A stretch of DNA of 64,000 nt from a virus (taxonomy: Duplodnaviria > Caudoviricetes). The stretch's first letter is position 1. Each line of letters opens with the position of its first letter. Location: positions 1,765-65,764 of IMG/VR virus record IMGVR_UViG_2917752670_000006, one strand, 5' to 3'. The position numbers and the translations under genes were made by a program. Shown piece after piece: positions 39,728-49,484 of the stretch. The notes below the pieces were generated by a model. It was given only the letters and a program-made list of their open reading frames with translations, was not told the origin of the DNA and ran no database searches.

Positions 39728-40630
39728 CTAGTGAAGATCGCGGTCTTCCCAGTCACGCAGGGTGCCGCCCTCCCACCGCCAGGTACCAGGGCCGGAGGTG
39801 GAGTTGCCCAGAGCTAGAGAGGAAGCGGTCGAAGGTGCCATGGCGACATCCCGGGTCACAACAAGCGTGTCGCCTTCTTGGCGGAAGGTGCCATCCGTGA
39901 CGAGCTTGTCACGCCGGGCCTGCAGACTCGTATAGGTACGCTTCGTCGACTCACTTCGGCCTCGGCCACTCCATCCTGCTACGAGACGTGAGCCCTCCAT
40001 CAAGAAGAACTCCCCATCCACTATCCGTGCGGACGCGTCCACGCCTCGTGCTGGGATGCGGATCCGGAAGATCGGTGAGGTGGCGTCCTCGCCCTGGGTG
40101 ACCGTGTGCTCGTCGTCGGGGCGCGGTGAGCGCAAGATGTTGATACCCAGCACCGGCAGGATGGATCGGATCTGCTCGAGGAAGGCCTCAGCATCAGACT
40201 GCTGGGCCTCGGATAGCTTGCGCGGCCTAGGCGTCTGCTTGTTGTCATCCAAGGTGGAGCGCTGCGCGATTGAGGCGATTTCCACCATCCGATACTCCAG
40301 GTAAGCCCAGTACCCCTCGTTGAACGCCTCCTCGCGCGAGGAGATGAGCACGGCCCTGTCCCACCAGTCCTTCTTGGCGTCATGGTCACGCATGCGCTGC
40401 GCGAAGTTCTCGGTCCGGCCGATGTAGCAACGCAGCGACTCCAGAGCAGAGTCATCACTGCCGGTGAGCAGGTAGACGCCGTTGGTCTGCGCATCCGATC
40501 GCACCAGCATCCGGCTGACTGCTGAGCGCGGCCCGGAGAGCACATGCCCGGTCCACCCTGACACGTCCGCAGTCATCAAGCCGCCAGACTCACCATCAAC
40601 GAGGAACAGATCAATGTGCTTGCCACTCAT
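39728..40630 (-). CDS. GIY-YIG nuclease with DUF4357-like C-terminal domain
   Basis: GVYLL..YIGRTEN..R..H..KDWW..YLE; PSTASS..LG.S.SG..W. Confidence 0.8.
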   Translation of the reverse strand: MSGKHIDLFLVDGESGGLMTADVSGWTGHVLSGPRSAVSRMLVRSDAQTNGVYLLTGSDDSALESLRCYIGRTENFAQRMRDHDAKKDWWDRAVLISSREEAFNEGYWAYLEYRMVEIASIAQRSTLDDNKQTPRPRKLSEAQQSDAEAFLEQIRSILPVLGINILRSPRPDDEHTVTQGEDATSPIFRIRIPARGVDASARIVDGEFFLMEGSRLVAGWSGRGRSESTKRTYTSLQARRDKLVTDGTFRQEGDTLVVTRDVAMAPSTASSLALGNSTSGPGTWRWEGGTLRDWEDRDLH

Positions 40631-40688
40631 GCACCAATCGTAACGACGCACACACTTGTGGCCGGCGTGCCGAGCCGAACCAGATCAG

Positions 40689-42637
40689 TCAATCCTTCAT
40701 ATAGAAGCCGCACTCGTACCCGTCAGCATCCAGCGGTAGGCCGCGTGCCCAGCTGGGTGGCTGGGTCATGAGCGCCACGAGCTCCTCTACCGGTGCACCG
40801 ACGTTGGGTTCGTCGACGACGATCTCGTCGTAAATGTGCATGACAATCCGATGGCCTGCTGCATCGACGTGGCGCATGGCGTGGGTGAGGAGGTCACGGG
40901 CGGTTGCTTGGACGAGGTTCTCGGTGAGCTTGCCGCCGTAGGTCTCGATAGGCCCCCACTTGCGGGTGGTGCCATCCACCCCGTCGAAGAGGATACTGGT
41001 CATACCGAAGCGGTTCTCACCAAGCCTGGGCCGCGGGTAGCACAGTTCCCGCCCCGACGGCAGGGCAATAAACAGGCACCCGGAGCGAAACGACAGCGTG
41101 ATGCGTCCTACCATGGTGGGAGTTCGGGTTTCGGTGCTGGTGATGGCCGCTTGCTCGATGTCACGCCAAAACTGCACGACCATCGGGTTGGCGTCCCGCC
41201 ACGCATCGACCAACGGCTTGAGCTCTGCCTCATCAAGGCCCATACGTAGTGCCCCATGGCTTTGAGGGCTCCGACCGAGCCGCCGTAGCCGCAGGCGAGG
41301 ACCGCTATCTTTCCTTTCTGGCGCAGCTCCGCGTTGGCTCCGTGTTTTTCAACCAGCACACCGAACATGCGGCTTGCGGTTTGGCAGTAGAGGTCTTTGC
41401 CGTCTCGGAAGGCCTGCAGGGTGCCGGACTCGCCGACAAGCCACGCCAACACGCGGGCTTCGATAGCGGAGAAGTCAGCCACGATGAACCGGTAGCCCGC
41501 AGTGGGGATGAAGGCGGTGCGGATCAGCTGCGAGAGGGTGTCTGGTAGAGGGGCGTAAAGAAGTTCCAAAGCCTCGCCGTTGCCCGCCTTGAGGAGGGTG
41601 CGGACGGTGGCGAGGTCAGGCATGTGGTTGCGCGGCAGGTTCTGCACTTGGATGAGGCGTCCTGCGAAGCGGCCGGTGTGGCCTGCTCCCATGTACTGGA
41701 TCAGGCCACGCGCCCGCTCATCCTGACCTGCCACGGTCAGCATGGCTTGATATTTCTTCACTGAGGAATTGGACAAGTCCTGGCGTAGACGCAGCACCTC
41801 AGCGACCTCACCTGTAGCAGTCTCGAGCGCGGTTTCTACCTCGGTCTTCGTCAGTGATTCCAAGGTGCAGTCGTGGGTTGTGAGCCAGTCTTTGAGCTGG
41901 ATCGGCGAGTTCAGATTCTCCAAACCGGTGAGCTGTTGCGCCCGGGTCAGGCAGGTTTCACGATGGCGGGCGTCTACCTCAACCGCGTTTGCAGCCAGAG
42001 TCGTGTCGATGCGGATCCCGGCATCATTGATGCGCTGATCCAACCAGTACGTCTCCCACTCCGCTTCCAGCATCGGGTTGCGGGCAAGCCGGGAGGCGAG
42101 TTGGACCTCGACATCAACATCGCGGCGGTTGTAGGAGATGTACTGCCCCCAGCCCACCGGATCATCGCTGGGTAGGACACGGCCTCCATCCTTGCCGGGG
42201 ATGGAGAAGCGGCAGATGAGCTTTTGCCCGGCGGAGTCTTTCTCGATGGGCAGGCGTAGTGCTTTGGCCGCGCCGTCCAGGCTCATCGACAGGCCCAGGG
42301 ATGCTGCCCACACCATGGTGCACAGCCACCCACGCGGATCAAGAAACCCGTCAGCGAGCAGGGCTGGGTGGTGGCGGCGCAGATAGACCGACAGGCAGAC
42401 ACGCTCGAAAGCCGCATTGAACGCCGACTTGATGATGCCCGGGTCAGTAAGCGCCTGAAGGATCATGGTCGGGATGGGTTCACCCCGAGCCAGGTCGATG
42501 ACCTCAGCGGGTGCCCCGTCGATGCTGTAGCCGAGCAAGAGGATGCGGAAGCCCGGGTCTTCGGCGTACCTGTACACACCCGAGCTGGCGAGAGGCGTAG
42601 GTGAGAAGGTTTCGAGGTCCAGGGAAAGCGTGTGCAT
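40689..42637 (-). pseudogene. Family A DNA polymerase, frameshift near 41250 (G run)
   Basis: DLETFS, AFNAAFER, TGRFAGR..QNLP, DFSAIEARV, RQKGK, YGGKLTEN, HIYDE. Confidence 0.92.
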
Positions 42638-42689
42638 GCGCGTCCAATCGATAGATGTGGTTGTGGCGGGACACCCCGAGCCGAGCAAT

Positions 42690-43179
42690 GCTCAGACCAC
42701 AAGGTGTCCCGCCACGGAGCTTTTGCACGTTGCCAAGCCCGCAGGCGATCCCACGATTACCGTTGGTGTTGAACGCGTAGAAGCTCAGCGAGACACGGGC
42801 GTAGCAGCCGGAGTACACCTCCGCAGGTGAGAGCACCGGGTTGAGGTCCTGGTCGACGACCTCGGGTGGCAGGGTGGAGTTGGTATTGACGAAGAAGCAC
42901 CCCTTGTACGCCTCATCGTCACGCTCGGTATCCCCGTCACGCAGTGGCAACTTGAGCGCGGCCTTGTTCGGTCGCTTACCACCGAACTTGGCAGTGCCTG
43001 CCTCGATGGCAGCGTCGATGGCCCGCTCGATCTTGGCGATCGTCTCCCGATCACTCATTCGGAATGATCAGGGACACGCTGTACTTGGGCTTGGAGCCCT
43101 GGATAGACCGCGGCTCGAAAAGATGTGCGTAGGACAGTCGGACTTCGCCGGTAACAACGCGAGTCGAATTCGGGTTCAT
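42690..43179 (-). pseudogene. DUF2815 ssDNA-binding protein; frameshift near 43060, damaged C-terminus
   Basis: VRLSYAHLFEP..PKYSVSLII then, in another frame, PLRDGD..VYSGCYAR..GIACGLGNVQK. Confidence 0.85.
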
Positions 43180-43197
43180 AATGGTTGACTTCCTTGG

Positions 43198-44337
43198 TCA
43201 CTTGGTGTTGGTGTTGGTGTTGAAATCGGTGGCAGCACTCACGCGTGCGAGCGGCGGCCTCTTGTCGGATTCGGGAACGAGGGTGGGCTTGCCTTCGGGT
43301 TTGACCACCAGATCGCCGAACGTCTCGGTGAAGGTTTTCTTGCCCATGAGGCGTTCCATGGCGGTAATACCGATCAGTCGCTTGTCCCAGATGTCGTTGT
43401 AGCCCGCAGCCTTTGCGGCCTCAGCTACCGCGGCTTCGTCGGCGTATTTGCGGATGGAGCGGCCGGCGACGACCTTGAAGCCGGGGATCTGGGGGCCGGC
43501 TTGGGTCTGAGCTAAGGCCCATGCTTCGACGTCGGAGGCCCACGCTTTGAGCTCAGGGATCTTCGCCAACGCATCCGCGACCTCAGCAATGCTGAGCTCG
43601 GCGGGTGGGGCAAACTCGTGGCGTGCGAGTGCGAGATTCGACTCGGCCCTGGTCCGGCAGGTGGGTGCGATACGGCAGAACTGACACCACGGGCCAGCGT
43701 GGTAGTCGCCCTCACCGCGGGCAGCGATCTCAGCGATCGGCTTGACCGTGTTCTCGCCCCACGCGATCAGGTCCTGGGTGCTGATCGTCCAGGTCTCGAC
43801 GTTTGCCCGGCGAGGCTGGAAGATGCTCAGTGCGACTTCCTCAATGTCGTAGAGCGCATCGAAGGCTGCCAGGGCACCGAGCCCATAAAGCATGAGTTGT
43901 GGGTTCGCCACCGGAGAAACCTCAACACCCATGCCGTACTTCAAATCAATCACCTGGAGGGTGGGTCCAGCGACGATGACACGGTCCCCGGTACCGAAGC
44001 CCCCAGGGGCGAGGCGCGAGTAGTCGAGGCGCTGCTCGACATACACCTGCGGATCACTGCAATGCTCCCGGGCAGACTCGAGGTGCTGGGCAACGAAGGC
44101 GACGTAGTCGTCGGTATGGCCCTCCATCTCCTCATCGATCCACTCCGAGGTAGGCCGCTTCGCGCGACGCTTGAGGAACCGCAGCAGCTTGTACTCAGCC
44201 AGCGCATGCGCAGCCGTACCCTGCAAGGCAGCATCCGACGGCGCATCTGCCGCGCCATCTGTGGCGAGCGCGGAAGGCGGGCAGTGCAGCCAACGGTGAG
44301 CACTCGAAGCGCTCAGGAGTGCGTGGCTATCAGGCCC
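43198..44337 (-). CDS. DUF2800 (Cas4/PD-(D/E)XK-like) nuclease; start codon apparently mutated (GGG)
   Basis: HALLSASSAHRWL.CPPS, GT.AH, GFGT.D..IDLKYG..QL..Y, WCQFC; GAGGAG precedes GGG-CCT. Confidence 0.8.
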   Translation of the reverse strand, partial: GPDSHALLSASSAHRWLHCPPSALATDGAADAPSDAALQGTAAHALAEYKLLRFLKRRAKRPTSEWIDEEMEGHTDDYVAFVAQHLESAREHCSDPQVYVEQRLDYSRLAPGGFGTGDRVIVAGPTLQVIDLKYGMGVEVSPVANPQLMLYGLGALAAFDALYDIEEVALSIFQPRRANVETWTISTQDLIAWGENTVKPIAEIAARGEGDYHAGPWCQFCRIAPTCRTRAESNLALARHEFAPPAELSIAEVADALAKIPELKAWASDVEAWALAQTQAGPQIPGFKVVAGRSIRKYADEAAVAEAAKAAGYNDIWDKRLIGITAMERLMGKKTFTETFGDLVVKPEGKPTLVPESDKRPPLARVSAATDFNTNTNTK

Positions 44338-44743
44338 GGGCGATCTCCTCAGCCCCAGCCATGATCCGGCCGAACTTGGACGGGTCCACCTCAGACAGGG
44401 CCTTCGCGCCGGCATCCAGGATGAGCTGGCGCACCTTGGCGGTGTAGCCCTGCTGGGACAGCTCAGCCAGGAAAGCCCGCACCTCTTCCAGCGTGTACTC
44501 ACGCACCGGGCCAGCCGACTCCGAACCCTGCTGAGCCTGCTCAGCCTCGAGTCGTTCCTCGAGCTCGGCCTGGAAACCGGGCTCCTCCAAACGCGCGGCA
44601 GCAACCGGCCGGGGGCCAGCAAGCGCGTACTCGTCCTCAATCTGCTCCCAGCCATCTGCTTCGAGCGCCTGGGCAATCTGGGAAAGGCCCTCCATGGTGC
44701 GGTTGATGCCCGCGATCAGGGCGTTGCGGTGCTGCGGGTTCAT
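44330..44743 (-). CDS. Small replication-module protein
   Basis: TLEEVRAFLAELSQQG.TAKVR.LI..GA..LSEVDP. Confidence 0.7.
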   Translation of the reverse strand: MNPQHRNALIAGINRTMEGLSQIAQALEADGWEQIEDEYALAGPRPVAAARLEEPGFQAELEERLEAEQAQQGSESAGPVREYTLEEVRAFLAELSQQGYTAKVRQLILDAGAKALSEVDPSKFGRIMAGAEEIARA

Positions 44744-45036
44744 GCCGCATCACCACCTGCGTGGTGGAGCTTGCTTCCTGCCGGGTGGCGCTGGACCGCG
44801 TCAGCCAGGGCCATCAGCTCCTCATCCGTGCATTCCGCCCCGCACCACGAGGCTTCATCGACCTTGCGCAGCGTCACGTCCCGTACTTCCCGGCCCGGGA
44901 CCAGTACGGTCACGTCCCGTATGGGGCCGAGCAACCAGGTCAAGAGCTGCTCTCGTAGTCCCACTCGGCCGATGTTGATGGCCTTGCCCGGGTTGGGGTC
45001 TCGCGACAGACTCACTGTCACCGTCTTGTGTGCCAT
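44740..45036 (-). CDS. Hypothetical phage protein
   Basis: GGAGG RBS; LREQLL.WLLG..VTVLVPG. Confidence 0.65.
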   Translation of the reverse strand: MAHKTVTVSLSRDPNPGKAINIGRVGLREQLLTWLLGPIRDVTVLVPGREVRDVTLRKVDEASWCGAECTDEELMALADAVQRHPAGSKLHHAGGDAA

Positions 45037-45107
45037 CGGCTTCCTCCTTAGGAAAAGTCAGTGGAAGGAAGGTGGTGCTCGGATTGGCTTGATGCTCCTT
45101 CCACCCC

Positions 45108-45139
45108 CAAGGCGGCGACGAGCCCTAGTTGATAACCCC
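45108..45139 (-). promoter_or_regulatory. Motif GGGGTTATCA-N13-GCCGCCT, copy 3
   Basis: Overlaps the stop of the sigma-like gene; upstream of the replication operon. Confidence 0.65.
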
Positions 45140-45748
45140 AGAGCCAGAAAGCAGATCGCGGAGCTTGTCCTCGGCGCGGTCACGGATCTTCTTCACCATC
45201 GGCTGGGACACACCCAGCACGGCCGCGATGTCTCGCTGGGACAGGCCGTGGATGCGGGAGGCGAGGACTACCTGCCGCTCGCGCTCCGACAACGCTGATA
45301 GTGCTTGGCGCACGACAAAGCTGGTCGCCCATGCGTCCGTGCCATCGTCTGGCCTGGTGGAGGTGTAGATGCCGTCGTGGTACCCGGATGCGGCGCGCAG
45401 GCCCACCTGGCCGGACTCGATGTCCTCATCACTGGGATCGCTGTCATCGACCGTGAGGAAGCCGGTGTGGGTGCGCCAGCGGCGCGACGTGCTGCGCTCA
45501 GAGGCATTGAGTTCTTCGAGGATTTCACTCAAGGATCGCCGCTCGACCGTGCCGGGATTGTCGGCCTGCGCCCGGCGGCTCTGATAGTCGCCCTCGATCC
45601 AGTCCTCAACCTCGTCCGTGCTGATACGGAAGCTGGTATCGCGGGTTGCTCGCCGTGCGTCAGCGGCGACCGTGACCTCAAAGGCGAGCTTGACGGTGAT
45701 GTAGTTGTGTGGGGTGGACGGATTGGTGGAGTGCGCCGTGTATGGCAT
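45125..45748 (-). CDS. Sigma-70 region-4 (ECF-like) phage transcription factor
   Basis: ALSALSERERQVV..GLSQRDIAAVLGVSQPMVKK. Confidence 0.8.
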   Translation of the reverse strand: MPYTAHSTNPSTPHNYITVKLAFEVTVAADARRATRDTSFRISTDEVEDWIEGDYQSRRAQADNPGTVERRSLSEILEELNASERSTSRRWRTHTGFLTVDDSDPSDEDIESGQVGLRAASGYHDGIYTSTRPDDGTDAWATSFVVRQALSALSERERQVVLASRIHGLSQRDIAAVLGVSQPMVKKIRDRAEDKLRDLLSGSGVIN

Positions 45749-46136
45749 TGACTCGTCCCTTCTGATGAAGGGAGAGCCGTTGAGCAGGGCGTATTCAGGT
45801 ATGGAGGGCGCGTTGATATGACGATGGCGGGCACCCCGGTGAAGGGGCACCCGCCAGGTCGCTCAACAGCTCTCCAGTGCGAATACGTGGAGCCTGGCTT
45901 GATCAGGGCCTGGCAAAGACACTCACTCCTTGCGGCCACTTGGAGTGCGCGCCGCTTGTTACACGCTGGAGCGTGTCGCAAGCACCTTGGAAGGACTGTC
46001 GGGATACACTGAAGGAGTTGCTCCGGGGTGTATCTCGGCGAGAACTTCTCGGTGCTTCGACTCTAAAAATCGGGCGAGAGAATGTCCTTGCCCCGCTTTG
46101 GGTGCTGTTTTGGCGCTCTTTTCCAAGGAGGTCGCA

Positions 46137-47378
46137 ATGAGCCAGTTGTGCTTCGCGACCTTTGCCCGCGCGCTGCAAAATGTGCTGATCCAGCCCGCAG
46201 CTACCTACAAAACTTCTACCCGGCAAGGAGCAAAGAAGCTTTCAACCGCACGACCAAAGATGACCTCCACTGACGCCTATGTCGTGGAGGTCCTTTTGCG
46301 CTGGATCCAGGACTTCGCCCCCGTTGAAGATCGGGAAGGGGGTGACGTCTGGCGCACACCAAAGACTGTTAGCGGGCTATTGGGCCAGAAGATCGAGCTG
46401 CACACTGGATTCGGGCCCGTTTTGAATCAACCTGGACTACGCAAGGCTGCACGAGACGCGTTCGCCAAGATCGCCCAAAATATTGCTACGATGCGCGAGG
46501 CGGACTTCAAAACCGAGCTGATCGAACTAATCAAAGATGATCCAGAGATCAGTGCCGGCGCCGCCGAAGAACTGCTGTACACCGCAGACCAGGATGACGT
46601 GTTTTTTTATGCCGATACGTTCCTATCTGCCATTTCGAGACCGAACAAGAAGCGAGACAACAACGGCGCAGTAACCGAAGCGGATGTCGTGCTTGCAGCC
46701 CGCAATGGAGACTTGTGTCCTGTCTGCCGCAAAGAGCGACTAGTCAAGACCGTCAAAGGCGAACGGCGACCATTTTTCGAGATTGTCTCTTTCACCATTG
46801 ACGACGACAGCTCTGAAACTAGCCGGGAAGCAGTGTGTGTCAAGTGCGCCAAACTCGCCACCAGCAATGGGGCCTTGCTCGCCGACCCCGACACACTGAC
46901 CAAGCTTCGTGAGGTCCGAAAACGTCGGATCGAAGCAACTGCTCTCCAAGACCTGGCCCTTGACGCGCAGCTCGGACCTGCGATCTCAGACGTAATCGAG
47001 ACGCTGGGAGAGCGCATCATGTCAGGTAACGTCCCAGATCTGACCATGGATGCGGTACGGGTGACCGACAAGATCCGCCCGGAATTCTACGAGCTCGCTG
47101 GGCGGATCAGGATCCACGTCCTGCAGTGGTACCGAATCATCGAGCAAGAGTTCCGCGTACTCGAAGGCGGCAGGGGGCGCAGCCGGTTCGACGCGATCGC
47201 CGGGCAAGTCGCCGACTTTTACGACCAGGCGTCCCAGCACACTGATGACCAGCAGGCGATATTCGATCAAGTGGCTGATTGGATCCATACCAACTCCGGC
47301 TCGACGAACCTCAACGCATCGACCATCGTTGCATGCTTCTTTGTCCAAAACTGTGAGGTGTTCGATGCGATTACCTAG
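46137..47378 (+). CDS. ABC three-component system effector (unknown N-terminus, degenerate HNH Zn module, CTD)
   Basis: AAGGAGG RBS; CPVC..CVKC; DKI..; C-terminal ACFFVQNCEVF. Confidence 0.75.
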   Translation: MSQLCFATFARALQNVLIQPAATYKTSTRQGAKKLSTARPKMTSTDAYVVEVLLRWIQDFAPVEDREGGDVWRTPKTVSGLLGQKIELHTGFGPVLNQPGLRKAARDAFAKIAQNIATMREADFKTELIELIKDDPEISAGAAEELLYTADQDDVFFYADTFLSAISRPNKKRDNNGAVTEADVVLAARNGDLCPVCRKERLVKTVKGERRPFFEIVSFTIDDDSSETSREAVCVKCAKLATSNGALLADPDTLTKLREVRKRRIEATALQDLALDAQLGPAISDVIETLGERIMSGNVPDLTMDAVRVTDKIRPEFYELAGRIRIHVLQWYRIIEQEFRVLEGGRGRSRFDAIAGQVADFYDQASQHTDDQQAIFDQVADWIHTNSGSTNLNASTIVACFFVQNCEVFDAIT

Positions 47379-47601
47379 CAAGGTCACCCCATACTCCCAG
47401 TCCACGCTGAGCCAGTTCCCGCCGATCCTGAAGCAACTGTCCGATCGAGATCTCAGCCCCGCCGCCTTGTACAAGAAGGTCAGATCGAAGTTCGCCGACG
47501 TGGACGAGTTCGCTGACGCCTTGGACTGCTTATACGCACTCGGCCAGATCGAGCTGCTCTACCCAGAGGAGGTGCTCCACTATGTTGGTCGAGTTCGATA
47601 G
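47365..47601 (+). CDS. ABC three-component system middle component
   Basis: MRLPSKVTPYSQS..LY..EFADALDCLYALGQI; overlaps both neighbours. Confidence 0.75.
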   Translation: MRLPSKVTPYSQSTLSQFPPILKQLSDRDLSPAALYKKVRSKFADVDEFADALDCLYALGQIELLYPEEVLHYVGRVR

Positions 47602-49225
47602 TGACGCGTTCTTCCACGACGAGCAACGCCCCGGCCCGCTGCGCTTGAGTGAAGGGCTAAACACGGTGCTCGGTACGGAAAACACCGAGAACTCCATCGG
47701 CAAATCCACCACGCTACTGGCCATCGACTTCTGCTTCGGCGGGTCTGACTACGTCGACAAAGCCAAAGACGTTATCAAGAACATCGGCCATCACGAGATC
47801 CGATTTGCGTTCCTCCTCGGCGGCGAGATCCACTACTTCCGCCGAGCCACTGACACGCCGACAGCGATCACCCTCTGCGATAAGAACTACCGTCCGCTGC
47901 GCACCAGGACACTCGACGACTTCAAGGGCTTCGTCGGCACCCAGTACGGGCTCACGGACGCAGGGATCAGCCTGCGCCAGGCGGTGAGCAACTTCTTCCG
48001 CATCTGGCAACGCAAAAACTCCGATGTCGACCACCCACTCCTTGCGCATACCCGAGACACCCAGGCTGACGGCGTCAAGCGGCTACTGATGCTCTTTGAT
48101 CAGTACACCAAGCTTCAGGGCTTTATAGTTGCCAAGGATGAGGCTGTTCGAGAGCTGGATCTGTTCAATGCAGCCGGGCGGTACTACGACTTCCCGCGAG
48201 CCAGGAACATCACCGAGGTCAATAACAATGCTCAGCGAATCGGAGACCTCCAGACCGAACGGGACCAGGCAGGAACTCGCGCAGGATTGACTGCTAAGGA
48301 CTACACCGCAGCCCAGCAAGCAGCCATTAACGAGGTGCAGGCAGAACGCGAGCCTTTGCTGCGACGCTACAACCAAATAGGTCGTCAGATCGGGACAATG
48401 AAAAGAGCCAAAGGAATCGCCGCTGAGGTAAGCCTCACCAGGAGATTCGACGCACTGTGCGAGTTCTTCCCGGAGGCAAATATCGAACGCATTGAGAACA
48501 TCGAACACTTCCACCGGAGCATCCGTCAGATCCTAGAAGCTGAGTTCAAAGCGGAAAGCAAAGAGCTCGAAGACGAGCGTGAACGCATCCGGCACCGGCT
48601 AGAACAACTCAATACAAGGCTCGAAGAGCTCTCGGTTGCGCCCACAGCAACCCAGGCCGACATCCGTGCCTATAGCGAACTCGATCGCCAGATCCGATCA
48701 CTACGCAACGCCAACAAGGCCTTCCATGACGAGCAGCGGCTCACGGCAGCGAAGAAGCAGGCATCCGATGCGCTCGACGAAGCATCCGCAACGATTCTGG
48801 AGAACATCGAACACAAGCTCAACGAAACTATGCGGCGCATAGATGGAGAAATCACGCGCGAGGAACGAACTCCACCAAGCATCCAGATTCCAGCGATCGA
48901 CAAATACTCCTACGAGATCGAGAATGACTCAGGAACCGGCTCCACCCAACGTGGGCTCATCTCATTCGACCTGGCAATGCTCGAGATGACATTGCTACCA
49001 GCCGTCGCGCACGACTCGATGCTTGTCCAGCCCATTGAGGACCAAGCGTTCGACGGTATCGCGAAGGTCTACGCACGCCAACGAAAGCAAGTCTTCTTGG
49101 CGATTGACAAGATCAGCCGATATTCCGACGAGACGCAGCAGATCCTGACCGATTCAGCATTCGTGCGACTTGAACCAGGCAGGGAACTCTTCGGTACCTC
49201 GTGGAGTCGAAAGAAGAAGCGGTAA
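47582..49225 (+). CDS. SMC/Rad50-like ABC ATPase (DUF2326-like, LmuB-like)
   Basis: NSIGKSTT Walker A; long coiled coil; SGTG signature; AHDS Walker B. Confidence 0.85.
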   Translation: MLVEFDSDAFFHDEQRPGPLRLSEGLNTVLGTENTENSIGKSTTLLAIDFCFGGSDYVDKAKDVIKNIGHHEIRFAFLLGGEIHYFRRATDTPTAITLCDKNYRPLRTRTLDDFKGFVGTQYGLTDAGISLRQAVSNFFRIWQRKNSDVDHPLLAHTRDTQADGVKRLLMLFDQYTKLQGFIVAKDEAVRELDLFNAAGRYYDFPRARNITEVNNNAQRIGDLQTERDQAGTRAGLTAKDYTAAQQAAINEVQAEREPLLRRYNQIGRQIGTMKRAKGIAAEVSLTRRFDALCEFFPEANIERIENIEHFHRSIRQILEAEFKAESKELEDERERIRHRLEQLNTRLEELSVAPTATQADIRAYSELDRQIRSLRNANKAFHDEQRLTAAKKQASDALDEASATILENIEHKLNETMRRIDGEITREERTPPSIQIPAIDKYSYEIENDSGTGSTQRGLISFDLAMLEMTLLPAVAHDSMLVQPIEDQAFDGIAKVYARQRKQVFLAIDKISRYSDETQQILTDSAFVRLEPGRELFGTSWSRKKKR

Positions 49226-49232
49226 AGAGGTC

Positions 49233-49484
49233 ATGGCTAAGAAAATCGATTTCGATTACACAGTGGCGCTGTCGTACAAGCCGTTGTGGAAGTTGCTTGT
49301 AGATCTCGAGATGAACAAGCAAGCGCTCAGAGACAAAGCAAAGCTATCTGCGACCACCATGGCCAGACTCAATGCCGGGGATAACCTCACCACCGACGTG
49401 CTGCTGAGAATCTGCCAAACCCTCAGCTGTCAGCTCTCCGACATCGCCACTGTGCTGCCAAAGGAATCTAAGGAAGAACGTTAA
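49233..49484 (+). CDS. Cro/C1-type HTH regulator
   Basis: SYKPLWKLLVD..LS..TMARL..DVLLRIC..L.C..DI. Confidence 0.85.
   Translation: MAKKIDFDYTVALSYKPLWKLLVDLEMNKQALRDKAKLSATTMARLNAGDNLTTDVLLRICQTLSCQLSDIATVLPKESKEER

Noticed and set aside
43198-44337. Cas4 as evidence of CRISPR-Cas
   Set aside because: DUF2800-type nuclease in its usual phage replication context
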